58,727 nt of DNA from Alphaproteobacteria bacterium (GCA_016869935.1 VGCX01000001.1:1-58727); one strand, 5' to 3'; positions 34,541 through 44,047 are shown, counted from the stretch's first letter. Numbers and translations are program-made. The notes: generated by a model not told the origin, from the sequence alone.

Positions 34541-34594
34541 ATCATGGAAAGAAGAATGGGTGAAGTCCAGTTGAAAAAAAGGAATTTTTTCAAC
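34541..34594. repeat. 54-bp repeat with internal hairpin (copy 2), upstream of higBA
   Basis: 53/54 identical to 33749-33802. Confidence 0.9.
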
Positions 34595-34666
34595 GAAAAG
34601 GAGAGTTTTAAAAATACAAACTCGAAAGCTACGAGTTTTCTAGTCTTGCCTCTAAACTATTACATT

Positions 34667-35947
34667 TTATAAAGGATGCAAGTCGAAATACTTTAAATCT
34701 GCCAGAGCCTCTCTGACTTCATTTGCAATACTTTCATGGATATACGAGCGATATTCCAAAACCTTTGATAATCTTTCTTGTGCTACTTTTAGATTGGGCC
34801 TCAATATACCTAACCCTTGTAAATCCATTTTACCTAAAAAATAAAGAGCAAGAACCCAGTCCTCTTCAACAATATTTTCTATAGAAAATTTTAATATTTC
34901 TTCAAAATGAAGGCGTGCTTTCTCATAGTTCATTCTTTCATCAGAAAGCTCTATATTACCAAGAATAAGCAAAAAAGAAGCCCTGAAATGATCTGGAATA
35001 TCTTCACATTGAAGACCCTCTAATGCGTACCGCTCAGCCGCTTTAAAGTTTCTATTATTAACCCCCTCTCCTTTAAATTCCATCTGCGCTAGATACAGAA
35101 GAACGATAGGTCTACTATGGTCCTCAACTTTTTTATACAAACCAAGCAAAAGTCTTCTTGCTCCTTTAAAGTCAGGATTTTTATCTTTAAGATTTGTTCG
35201 TTTAATTTGCACTAATCTTAGATGAACATTTATCTTTTCACCAAAAGATAGATGTGAGTTATCCAAATTTCTTTTGTAAACTGATTCCAAATCAACGCTA
35301 TTTGCTAGTTCAATGATTGGTTTTTGCTTTAGCTCAATCTCCATTAAGTAATACAAAGCTTCAAGTTTTAACTCATCATTGTCCCAGGTATACTCAGAAC
35401 TTTCTTTAAATATTTTTTTTGCCTCAGTCATATCAGATGATTCATTTTCGTAAAACAATATAGTGCCCATTAGGTGTTTTGCATAAATAAGATCTTTAGG
35501 ACGCTGAGGTTTGGAATCAATAAATGCCCGCAAATCTTCTCTAAGTTTTTGTCTTTCTCGCTGAGGGCTTATATACCCTCTGATTTCCAATGAAAAATTC
35601 TTTAAGGCACAATATTCTCTCTGTTCTTTTGAAAGATTTTTTGACTCTGACAGAATTGAAAATTCGTCATATACTTCTTGTACAGACCTTGTTGAAACTT
35701 CATCATAAGACCAATAAATAATAAGGCTATAGTATTGTGATAAATGCTTTTCTTGAGAACGTGTTTTTTTGTCTTGAATAATTTCTTGAAATAGCTCATA
35801 TGCTTTTAGGACTTCTTCTTTTCCTCCAGCTTCTTCGTGAAGTAGTTGCACTGCCTCTTTAAATTTAAGATTATCTTTTTTTTCCCGAATGATATACCAA
35901 GCGGTCCAAAATAAAATATGCAATAAAACTTTAGCACTAAAATCCAT
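34667..35947 (-). CDS. Hypothetical helical-repeat (TPR-like) protein with N-terminal TM
   Basis: 426 aa with recurrent about 35-40-aa helical units (A..Y/F...A pattern). The family is not recognised with confidence. Confidence 0.45.
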   Translation of the reverse strand: MDFSAKVLLHILFWTAWYIIREKKDNLKFKEAVQLLHEEAGGKEEVLKAYELFQEIIQDKKTRSQEKHLSQYYSLIIYWSYDEVSTRSVQEVYDEFSILSESKNLSKEQREYCALKNFSLEIRGYISPQRERQKLREDLRAFIDSKPQRPKDLIYAKHLMGTILFYENESSDMTEAKKIFKESSEYTWDNDELKLEALYYLMEIELKQKPIIELANSVDLESVYKRNLDNSHLSFGEKINVHLRLVQIKRTNLKDKNPDFKGARRLLLGLYKKVEDHSRPIVLLYLAQMEFKGEGVNNRNFKAAERYALEGLQCEDIPDHFRASFLLILGNIELSDERMNYEKARLHFEEILKFSIENIVEEDWVLALYFLGKMDLQGLGILRPNLKVAQERLSKVLEYRSYIHESIANEVREALADLKYFDLHPL

Positions 35948-36004
35948 AAAAAAACCCTATTACATTCATATAAGATGACTTTAGACTAATTTCTAGTAAA
36001 AACC

Positions 36005-36841
36005 CTAAATCATTTCTTTGGGATTAAATTTAATCTCGAAGGTTTTCCACTCAGAGTAGCGATTCTTGGGAAGCCTGAGAGGCGTGCAGGCGGGGGAAAA
36101 GAGAGCACGTTTAGCGCTTTCGGCAGCTGTTCTAAAATAAGGATCATGATGCATGCGACTTTCATCATAAATTTTAACATCCCGAACGACAGCGTCAGGC
36201 CCCATAGAAACTTGAACTGTCACAATCAGCTCATCTGCATGTAGCGCTCCCGCTGGAACATTCCAGCAGCGTTGTAATTGTTGTCGCAGGGCATCCAGCT
36301 CTGAAAGAGAAAGTTTATCTGCAATATTTTCCGATTCAAATGCTTTATCGGTGGCCCGGGAATCATCGACAACATCAACGCGTTTTACTTCTTCGACAGC
36401 TTGCAGGACTGACATAAAGTCATCAGACTTTTCTACTTTCTTCCCTTTTTTATCTTTTTCATTAGGCTTTTTCTTAGGTTTTATATCCGTTTTTACCGAT
36501 TCTTTAGAGGGTTGAGGGGGTATCTTTTTCGCCTTTGGCTGCGGCATACCATCAATAACTTCTTTCTTAGATACTTGAGGTGTTTCTTTTACTTCTACCT
36601 TAGACGCTGATTGCTCTTGCGGGGCCCTTCTAGTTTCCAGTTTTGTTTTAGCAATCGGCTCTTTTATTGGTTGAACTTTTTTCGGGGGCGATGTGGTTAA
36701 ATCTGAAATAGAAACGATTTCAATGGGAATAATAGGAGGCGATTTAAGAGGACGTGTTCTTAAAAAAGGAATATTCACAAAGAGTAGTATCAAAACCACT
36801 ATGTGCAGAAAAGCTGATGAAAGAAGAGCGTTTCGTTCCAT
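36005..36841 (-). CDS. tolA: TolA-like cell envelope integrity protein (TonB_C-like C-terminus)
   Basis: N-terminal TM, a K/P/E-rich linker and a C-terminal LQRCWNVP... domain. It lies directly downstream of tolQ-tolR. Confidence 0.7.
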   Translation of the reverse strand: MERNALLSSAFLHIVVLILLFVNIPFLRTRPLKSPPIIPIEIVSISDLTTSPPKKVQPIKEPIAKTKLETRRAPQEQSASKVEVKETPQVSKKEVIDGMPQPKAKKIPPQPSKESVKTDIKPKKKPNEKDKKGKKVEKSDDFMSVLQAVEEVKRVDVVDDSRATDKAFESENIADKLSLSELDALRQQLQRCWNVPAGALHADELIVTVQVSMGPDAVVRDVKIYDESRMHHDPYFRTAAESAKRALFSPACTPLRLPKNRYSEWKTFEIKFNPKEMI

Positions 36842-36864
36842 TTTTCTCGTTCTATTCTTCCTTG

Positions 36865-37305
36865 TTACCGTTTCTTTGACGGTATTTCAGCAACAAGAGC
36901 AACCTTCGAATACCCAGCATCAGTAATTTGACCCATTACCTGCATGATAATGCCATAATTTAGCTGACGATCCCCTCGAACATAAATCCGAGTATTAGTA
37001 TTTTGCTTTGTAATTTGACCAAGTCGTGCAGATAATCGATTTAAGTCTACAGGAGTTTCTTGGATATAAACCCTTTGATCGGCATTAACCGTTACAACAA
37101 CAGGATCCATTTTATCATTCAACGTGGAGGCAGAACTTTCAGGAAGATCCACAGGAATCCCAACTGTTAGCAAAGGCGCTGTTACCATAAAAACAATTAA
37201 GAGGACCAGCATCACATCCACAAAAGGCGTGACGTTAATCTCACTCATAGGCCTAAAGCCACGGCGTCGACCTCCTCCTTTATTGGAAGAAAGCTGTATA
37301 CCCAT
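36865..37305 (-). CDS. tolR: TolR (ExbD/TolR family)
   Basis: 146 aa. INVTPFVDVMLVLLIVFM is the hallmark of the family. Confidence 0.88.
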   Translation of the reverse strand: MGIQLSSNKGGGRRRGFRPMSEINVTPFVDVMLVLLIVFMVTAPLLTVGIPVDLPESSASTLNDKMDPVVVTVNADQRVYIQETPVDLNRLSARLGQITKQNTNTRIYVRGDRQLNYGIIMQVMGQITDAGYSKVALVAEIPSKKR

Positions 37306-37307
37306 GA

Positions 37308-38039
37308 TTATCCTCCAAATAGTTTGCGGGAAACCAAAGTATGCAATTCATGAGAAAAAGTTTCCATGGATGTTGCATACCTATTTAATTCAGCAGAAAT
37401 TTTGTTATAGGCCATAACGGCTGGAATTGCGGCAACAAGCCCTAAGGCTGTTGCAAATAGAGCCTCTGCAATCCCTGGAGCCACAACCGCAAGGCTTGTA
37501 TTTTTGGACGCTGCTATTGCCTGAAAGCTGTGCATAATTCCCCAAACAGTTCCAAGAAGACCCACAAAAGGAGCTGAGGAGCCAACAGTTGCAAGAAATC
37601 CAGTGTGCTTTTCAAGATCTTCCATCTCAAGAGCCATACGACTTGAAAGAACCCGATCAATTCGATCTAGGAAGCTTTGTTTGGCAGCCATATCATTTTT
37701 CTCCGGGTGACGGGCATGCTCTCCCCATTCTTGCATAACAGCAACAAACATGCGGGCCAAAGGATCATGGGCCTTGTAGCGCACTTGTTGATAAAGGTCA
37801 TCTAACGAATGTCCTCCCCAAAACACCGACTCAAATTGTTTGCTCAGTTTTTGAAGTTTATTGATTTGTGTTATTTTGGAAAAAATAATGCTCCAGCACC
37901 AGAAGGAAGCGCCGAGCAGCACAAGAATAATAAGCTGAACAAAAATATCTGCATGAAGGAAAAGCCCCCATAAAGATAAATCTTTGGACACCATTTCAAC
38001 GGATTGCGCCAAAACTTGACCGGAACTTGTATCAACCAT
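37308..38039 (-). CDS. tolQ: TolQ (MotA/TolQ/ExbB proton channel)
   Basis: 243 aa with 3 TM segments and LATVGSSAPFVGLLGTVWGI. Confidence 0.9.
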   Translation of the reverse strand: MVDTSSGQVLAQSVEMVSKDLSLWGLFLHADIFVQLIILVLLGASFWCWSIIFSKITQINKLQKLSKQFESVFWGGHSLDDLYQQVRYKAHDPLARMFVAVMQEWGEHARHPEKNDMAAKQSFLDRIDRVLSSRMALEMEDLEKHTGFLATVGSSAPFVGLLGTVWGIMHSFQAIAASKNTSLAVVAPGIAEALFATALGLVAAIPAVMAYNKISAELNRYATSMETFSHELHTLVSRKLFGG

Positions 38040-38041
38040 AT

Positions 38042-38443
38042 CTAATTACCTCTTTCTTTAAGTTTTTCTAAAAACTCTGCAGGGAGTCTCATGAGTTTAC
38101 CACTTTGAGCAATAAAGGCCACATCCACCAACAAAACCACCACCTCTTTTCCGTCCCTTTTAATAATTTGTTTAAAAGAAACCTGAGCATTTTGAATTTT
38201 TGTTACGGTTGTTTCCACCACCAAAAGATCATCCAATTTTGCAGATGCCTTATAATTAATTTGTACGCGAGTCACCACAAAGAGGCAATGGGTGCGCTCA
38301 AATAATTCTTGCTGGTTAATGCCGAAGTCCCTTAAAAACTCTGTCCTTGCATGTTCCGCAAAGATCATATAGTGACTGTGATAAACGACACCACCAGTAT
38401 CGGTATGATCGTAATAAACCCGAAGGGAAAAATCATGTTTCAT
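38042..38443 (-). CDS. ybgC: Tol-Pal-associated acyl-CoA thioesterase YbgC (4HBT hotdog)
   Basis: 133 aa with the N-terminal signature VYYDHTDTGGVVYHSHY. Confidence 0.85.
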   Translation of the reverse strand: MKHDFSLRVYYDHTDTGGVVYHSHYMIFAEHARTEFLRDFGINQQELFERTHCLFVVTRVQINYKASAKLDDLLVVETTVTKIQNAQVSFKQIIKRDGKEVVVLLVDVAFIAQSGKLMRLPAEFLEKLKERGN

Positions 38444-38447
38444 CGGT
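38426..38447. repeat. 22-bp direct repeat ggaaaaatcatgtttcatcggt (copy A, contains the ybgC start)
   Basis: Identical to 39312-39333. The two copies flank the Bro-N gene. Confidence 0.9.
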
Positions 38448-39285
38448 GCTCTACACTCTTTTTTTCTTCTTGCCTATGCAGATAGTTTTCATGGGTTACA
38501 ACTTTTTTACCTGATTCACGTTCAAGCTGCTGTCGTGCATTCCCCGCAATGCTCCCCCCTATTTGAGACGCTTCATAATTTTCCTTGAACCCCTTAGCAT
38601 CCTTATTTCTTGCAATTTCAGTTGTCGAAGCCTCCCCAAGCATTGAAAAGATCAATTCAAGATCTGTCATGTGATCCCGTAAGTTTTCACGCTTTAGATT
38701 TTTATATTTCTTATGTTGACTTGGCGTTATCCCAAAAGCTGCCTTGGATATTTCCGCCGTTAATATAGAATATTCTTTGTTTTCTAAGATCCCTCTTTTT
38801 TGCCATTCATCCGTTAGTTCTTCCCGTATCGCAATCCCGCGCATACGTTTTTCAATCCAAGCGTCTGGGTATCCCTTTGCTTTGTAGGTTTCTCTCATTC
38901 TCTTTGACGCAAGTTCAGGGTCTTCTATCTCTTGTATACGTTCATAACCAATCTTTGCTAACCAACGTTTAAACGGCTCTGCTTTTGGAGAGGTAATAGA
39001 TTGTATAATACGAAATATTCCTTCTGTATTGGCACAGTTTATACGTTGCTTCCCGCCTTTTGTTTCGATCAAAAGGGGGGTGACAATTTGTCCCCACCCT
39101 TTAGAAAGCTCTTCATCTCGGCTTCGTACCTTTTTTATATAATCTGTAGGATTGGAAGTATTTGTTAGAACTTCAACCACATCATTAACAACAAACCACC
39201 ATTCTCCATTATAAATAGTTCGCCTTATGTTGATTCCTCTAAAAACAGCAATACGTTTGATATCTTCAATTTGATTTTTAGTCAT
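38440..39285 (-). CDS. Bro-N domain protein, DinD/antirepressor-like
   Basis: Bro-N motif (FRGINIRRTIYNGEWWFVVNDVVEVL). The C-terminal half resembles E. coli DinD (KNLKRENLRDHMTDLELIFSML). An AAGGAG RBS is present. Confidence 0.8.
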   Translation of the reverse strand: MTKNQIEDIKRIAVFRGINIRRTIYNGEWWFVVNDVVEVLTNTSNPTDYIKKVRSRDEELSKGWGQIVTPLLIETKGGKQRINCANTEGIFRIIQSITSPKAEPFKRWLAKIGYERIQEIEDPELASKRMRETYKAKGYPDAWIEKRMRGIAIREELTDEWQKRGILENKEYSILTAEISKAAFGITPSQHKKYKNLKRENLRDHMTDLELIFSMLGEASTTEIARNKDAKGFKENYEASQIGGSIAGNARQQLERESGKKVVTHENYLHRQEEKKSVEHR

Positions 39286-39311
39286 GTTTTGCTCCTTATG
39301 TAAGGGATATA

Positions 39312-39333
39312 GGAAAAATCATGTTTCATCGGT
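39312..39333. repeat. 22-bp direct repeat (copy B, contains the ruvB stop)
   Basis: Identical to 38426-38447. Confidence 0.9.
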
Positions 39334-40362
39334 CTCAAAAAAATCTGTTTGTCTTGGTTTGGGGGCTTTAACGCCCAAATACGAAAATGCTTTGGTCGTA
39401 AGTAAGCGCCCCCGAGGGGTGCGCTGCACAAAACCCTGTTGAATTAGGTAGGGTTCAATAACTTCTTCCAGGACATCCTTTTGTTCCGACAAAACGGCAG
39501 CCATGGTTTCAACCCCGACAGGCCCCCCTTCGTAATGTTCCGCAATCGTTTTCAAATATCGCCGATCCATCGCATCAAATCCTTGATCGTCCACTTCTAA
39601 TTGCCACAACGCTTCGTCTGCAATCTGACGATCAACAATGCCCTGATTTTTAACGGTTGCAATATCTCGCACCCGCCTTAAAAGGCGCATAGCGATGCGG
39701 GGCGTTCCACGGGATCGTTTACTAATCTCAAAGGCCCCCTCTTCGGTCATAGAAAGGGCTAACAAAGACGCCCCTCGTTGAATGACATGCTGTAATTCTT
39801 CTGGTGTGTAGAAAGCAAGGGGTGTTGGAATCCCAAACCGCTCCCGAAGGGGCCGTGTGATCAAACCAGAACGCGTCGTTGCCCCAATCAGGGTAAAGGG
39901 AGGCAAATCAATTTGGATGGAACGAGCGGAGGGCCCTTCTCCAATCATGAGGTCTAATTTAAAGTCCTCCATTGCAGGATAAAGAATTTCTTCTACCGCT
40001 GGGTTGAGCCTGTGAATTTCATCAATAAACAAAACATCTTTGGGCTGCAGGTTTGTCAAAAGGGCCGCAAGATCACCAGAACGGGCAATGACAGGACCAG
40101 AAGTTGCCCGAAATCCGACCCCCATTTCTTTAGCAATAATCTGGGCTAGTGTTGTTTTTCCAAGCCCTGGAGGTCCATAAAGAAGCACATGATCTAAAGC
40201 TTCTTGGCGTTGGCGGGCTGCTTTAATAAAAGTAAACAGATTATGCTTTGCCTTTTCCTGGCCAATAAATTCCTTAAGGCTTTGGGGTCGAAGCGCATAT
40301 TCCTGTTTTTCGTTTTGTTCTTCTGGCTGCGCGTTAAGAGAAACGAGACGATCATCCTTCAT
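39319..40362 (-). CDS. ruvB: Holliday junction branch migration ATPase RuvB
   Basis: 347 aa with Walker [10 protein letters not shown], Walker [10 protein letters not shown] and a RuvB C-terminal winged helix. Confidence 0.95.
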   Translation of the reverse strand: MKDDRLVSLNAQPEEQNEKQEYALRPQSLKEFIGQEKAKHNLFTFIKAARQRQEALDHVLLYGPPGLGKTTLAQIIAKEMGVGFRATSGPVIARSGDLAALLTNLQPKDVLFIDEIHRLNPAVEEILYPAMEDFKLDLMIGEGPSARSIQIDLPPFTLIGATTRSGLITRPLRERFGIPTPLAFYTPEELQHVIQRGASLLALSMTEEGAFEISKRSRGTPRIAMRLLRRVRDIATVKNQGIVDRQIADEALWQLEVDDQGFDAMDRRYLKTIAEHYEGGPVGVETMAAVLSEQKDVLEEVIEPYLIQQGFVQRTPRGRLLTTKAFSYLGVKAPKPRQTDFFETDET

Positions 40363-40964
40363 GATAAAGCCTTTGTCGTAAGAGCGAGCGCTTTAAGTGC
40401 ACGACCTATTAATGCTTCAAGGGATTCCCCTGGCGTTTCTTTTTCTATCGCTTCAAGGGTTTGCAGCGCTTCTGTTCGGCGGTAACCAAGATTCAAAAGA
40501 GCAGAAAGGGCTTCTTGTTGCACAGGCGGTTCTGATGGGGAATTCCCTCCATCAACAATACCTAATTTGTGAACTTTTCCCTTCAATTCCTGTACAATAC
40601 GATTGGCAAGTTTGGGACCAACGCCATCAGCTTGGGTTAAAAAAGTTGCATCCTGAGCGCCAATAGCCTGAAGCAAACGAGGCGTATTTCCGATCGACAG
40701 AAGGGCAAGCCCCATACGCCCCCCAACACCCTGGACCGTAACAAGCAAGTTAAAGCAAGATTTTTCGAGTTCTGTTGCAAACCCGTAAAGAACCAATTGT
40801 TCAGCTTTCATAACAGTTTCAATCCAAAGAGTAGCCGCGCTACCCCCTTGCATTTGAGACAAAGTTTCGCGGGAGGCATGAACTAAATACCCGACACCTT
40901 GTACATCGAGAATTAAAAAAGATTCTTTGAGCGTATCAACGCGTCCTTTGAGTTTTGCGATCAT
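40359..40964 (-). CDS. ruvA: Holliday junction DNA helicase subunit RuvA
   Basis: 201 aa with MIAKLKG...DVQGVGY and HhH motifs ([26 protein letters not shown]). Confidence 0.9.
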   Translation of the reverse strand: MIAKLKGRVDTLKESFLILDVQGVGYLVHASRETLSQMQGGSAATLWIETVMKAEQLVLYGFATELEKSCFNLLVTVQGVGGRMGLALLSIGNTPRLLQAIGAQDATFLTQADGVGPKLANRIVQELKGKVHKLGIVDGGNSPSEPPVQQEALSALLNLGYRRTEALQTLEAIEKETPGESLEALIGRALKALALTTKALS

Positions 40965-41301
40965 TTTGCGCCTTTTGTGATATCTTTTATCTAACAGGAA
41001 CTTTTTCTATTTTGCAAGGATGTCAGAAAAGAGAAAAAAGCAATCTCGCCTCAGACATTAATTTAATAATTTATGAAGATTTTTGTTGAATCTTAAAAAT
41101 CCAAACGTTAGATTGGAAATACAGTGATTTTTCCGGGGTAGCTGGTGCCCAAAAATTTTCTACTTCCCTGCAAAATAACCGTAAATTTGCCCACGAAATA
41201 TGATATTCTTCACTTAGACTTTTGCTCTTCAGAGTATTTGGGTTTTTTAGAGGCAAAGTTAAATTAAGTAAAAGTTAATTAAAAAAATTAAGGGACTCTC
41301 T

Positions 41302-43071
41302 GTGGAGCATTTTAATAGTACATCGATCGATATCATAGTGTACCTGCTCTGCGCTGTTTTAATATCCTTGCTTTGCAAGCGATTGAAGGTCAGCTCAGTT
41401 CTGGGTTACCTTGTTGTGGGCGTTATGCTCGGTCCTTCTATTTTCAGCGTAATTAATGACTTCGAAACAGCAAAAGCCCTTGGCGAATTTGGCGTGGTGT
41501 TCTTGTTGTTTACAATTGGGCTAGAACTTCCTTTTGACCGACTTCGAGAATTAAAGCGGTTTGTATTTGGTCTTGGGTTATCACAAGTTCTTGTCTGCTG
41601 TTTTTTCTTCGCTATTTTCTTTTCAGCTTATTACCACACAAGCATGGAAACAGCTATTTTAGCAGGAAGCGGCCTTGCCCTATCATCAACGGCTGTCGTG
41701 CTACAAGTTTTGGCGGATAGCGGTGATTTATCATCGCAACATGGTCGTATTACGTTTTCAGTCCTTTTATTTCAAGACCTTGTAGTTGTTGTATTATTAG
41801 TTTGGTTAACGCTTATGCAGAGCAAAGAAGAAGATATCTCAACGTGGATGCTCCTTTGGTATTCTATTTTACGCGCAACAGGAGTTTTTTTGGGGTTTGC
41901 AATTTTAGGGCGCTATGTTCTAAGGCCTGTTTATCGTGTTGTTGCAAGCACTAAAAGCTCTGAATTGTTTATGGCAATGACTCTTTTGATTATTCTTAGC
42001 ACCAGCATGGCAACGCAGCTAGCCGGAATGTCTTTGGAATTAGGGGCTTTTTTGGCTGGAATTTTACTTGCAGAAACAGAATATCGCCATCAAGTAGAGG
42101 CAGATATTAGGCCCTATCGATCCTTGCTTTTAGGTCTCTTTTTCATGACAGTGGGGATGTCTATTAATCCTTATTTGCTCTTACAGCAAACAACGATTGT
42201 TTTGACTATTGTAGGGGTTCTAATAAGCGCAAAGTTTTTGATTGTCGTTCTTTTGTCGCGCTTGATGAATATTCCTATGAAATCCTCTATTCGTATTGGC
42301 TTCCTACTTGCAGGCGGCGGAGAATTTGTTTTTGTCCTGTTTTCTCAAGCGGAAAAAGCTCAGGCAATTACTGGGACCCTTTCTCAAATTGTGTATCTTG
42401 CCGTAGTTTTAAGTATGGCTCTAACCCCTTTCTTGGCTTGGTTTGGTCGCAAAATAACCAGCAAAATGACGAAAGATATCGGAATTGCCATAAAAGCAGC
42501 TGAACAATATGCTTTCGATCTTCGGGACCATATTATTATTGTAGGCGCAGGTCGTGTAGGCACAACAGTTCATAATCTGTTAAACGATGTCGTATATCTC
42601 ACAACAGCCATTCCTCATGTCATGATTGACATGAACATGAAGCGCGTCAATGAAGGGCTCGATAAAAATATGCCTCTTTATTTTGGCGATGCCCGTCGAA
42701 TGGAGCTGTTTCAAGCTTTAAATATTGAACGGGCTCGAGCAGTGGTCATCACGATTGGTCTTTACAAAGATGCGTTTAAAATTGCTTCTGAATTACAAAA
42801 GAATTTTCCTAATATTGAAATATTTGTGCGTGTTGCCGATGTAAATGAGGCTTATGCGCTCCACGAACTGGGTGTCCACCCAGTTGCTCCAGAGTTACTT
42901 GCCCCTAGCTTCCAGTTGGCTTCTTCTGTTCTAGCGCTTTATAATATTCCAGTAGAACAAATTGACATCGTCATCGAAAAATTTCGAAAACGCCACATAC
43001 GATCAGGCGAACAGGACATAGCAGCGCCTTGGTCAACAAAAAATTTGTCTGGATTTGCTCATCAAGAGTAA
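41302..43071 (+). CDS. CPA2 cation:proton antiporter with RCK/TrkA-N domain (KefB/KefC-like K+ efflux)
   Basis: 589 aa with a GTG start, a Na_H_exchanger membrane domain and the Rossmann motif IIIVGAGRVGTTV. Confidence 0.85.
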   Translation: MEHFNSTSIDIIVYLLCAVLISLLCKRLKVSSVLGYLVVGVMLGPSIFSVINDFETAKALGEFGVVFLLFTIGLELPFDRLRELKRFVFGLGLSQVLVCCFFFAIFFSAYYHTSMETAILAGSGLALSSTAVVLQVLADSGDLSSQHGRITFSVLLFQDLVVVVLLVWLTLMQSKEEDISTWMLLWYSILRATGVFLGFAILGRYVLRPVYRVVASTKSSELFMAMTLLIILSTSMATQLAGMSLELGAFLAGILLAETEYRHQVEADIRPYRSLLLGLFFMTVGMSINPYLLLQQTTIVLTIVGVLISAKFLIVVLLSRLMNIPMKSSIRIGFLLAGGGEFVFVLFSQAEKAQAITGTLSQIVYLAVVLSMALTPFLAWFGRKITSKMTKDIGIAIKAAEQYAFDLRDHIIIVGAGRVGTTVHNLLNDVVYLTTAIPHVMIDMNMKRVNEGLDKNMPLYFGDARRMELFQALNIERARAVVITIGLYKDAFKIASELQKNFPNIEIFVRVADVNEAYALHELGVHPVAPELLAPSFQLASSVLALYNIPVEQIDIVIEKFRKRHIRSGEQDIAAPWSTKNLSGFAHQE

Positions 43072-43126
43072 TCCCGTCAAATTATCTTCCCTTAATTTTT
43101 TTATTTTTTTATTCAAAGGTTTTTTC

Positions 43127-43735
43127 ATGAACACTTACCAAAAACTTATAACACAACATCACAACCGCCCTTCAATACCCCCAACCATTGAAGACCCCTT
43201 AAGCGTCAAGGATAGGTTAGAGCGTATTGTGATAGGGGTAGATCCTGCTATCACAAGCGGGGAAAAAAGTAACGAAACAGGGATTATTGTTGCTGGTCTT
43301 TCCTTTCAAGGTGTGGGCTATGTTTTAGAAGATCTCAGTGGACACTACGCGCCCTCTGTTTGGGCGACGCGCGTGATCAATGCTTACGGCGCTTGGAAAG
43401 CAGATCGCGTTGTCGCAGAGGTGAATCAAGGGGGTGATTTGGTAGAAGCAATGCTTCGATCCATCGACAAAAACGTCAGTTACCGAGGGGTTCGAGCAAC
43501 CAGAGGGAAACGACTTCGTGCAGAGCCTATCGCCGCTTTGTATGAACAAGAGCGGGTGTTTCATCTGTCGTATTTTGAAGATTTAGAAAGACAGCTATGT
43601 GCATTTGATGGAAGCACGGGCGCAGAAACAGATCGCTTGGATGCCCTTGTTTGGGCGCTTACAGATTTAATGATTGATTCAGTTCCTTTAAAAAAAGTTC
43701 AAAAAAAACCTGATCCTCAAGTTTGGCGTATCTAA
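43127..43735 (+). pseudogene. Terminase large-subunit fragment (C-terminal RNaseH-like nuclease domain only; GTA/phage relic)
   Basis: IVIGVDPA...GIIVAG...VAEVNQGGD...RAEPIAALYEQERVFH...DRLDALVWALTDL matches the terminase nuclease domain. The ATPase half is absent and no RBS is present. Confidence 0.65.
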
Positions 43736-43837
43736 AAAATTAACAAAACAGGAGGCATCCCAAAATAAAAAGATTTTTTGGCGATTTGTTGTAGATTTTT
43801 CTTAGGTTTTTTGATAAGACTTAGAGAATCATCATGA

Positions 43838-43913
<76 letters not shown>

Positions 43914-44008
43914 TTTTATCCTTTTCAAACCCAGCCCATACAAGAATTTATAAAAACTTTAATATCCAACAACCCAGGTCTTAGAAAATTCTTTTATATC
44001 AATAGCGC

Positions 44009-44047
44009 ACCATGAAATTTCAAAGTGACAGTTTGAAATTTCATGGT
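44009..44047. repeat. Perfect 16-bp inverted repeat accatgaaatttcaaa-N7-tttgaaatttcatggt
   Basis: Read directly. It lies 12 nt beyond the stop of the 631-aa minus-strand gene and about 95 nt after tRNA-Asn. No U-tract follows on either strand. Confidence 0.7.

Noticed and set aside
33025-34594. Integron gene-cassette (attC) interpretation of the TA cassettes
   Set aside because: No intI is present in the window. The hairpin lacks clear R''/R' core sites (GTTGAAA does not fit GTTRRRY). I kept only the neutral description of shared cassette boundaries.
41071-41256. 61-aa minus-strand ORF in the ruvA-kefB intergenic region; I also looked there for ruvC or a small RNA
   Set aside because: No RBS is present, the composition is arbitrary and no structured-RNA signature is visible. 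The region most likely holds the divergent promoters.
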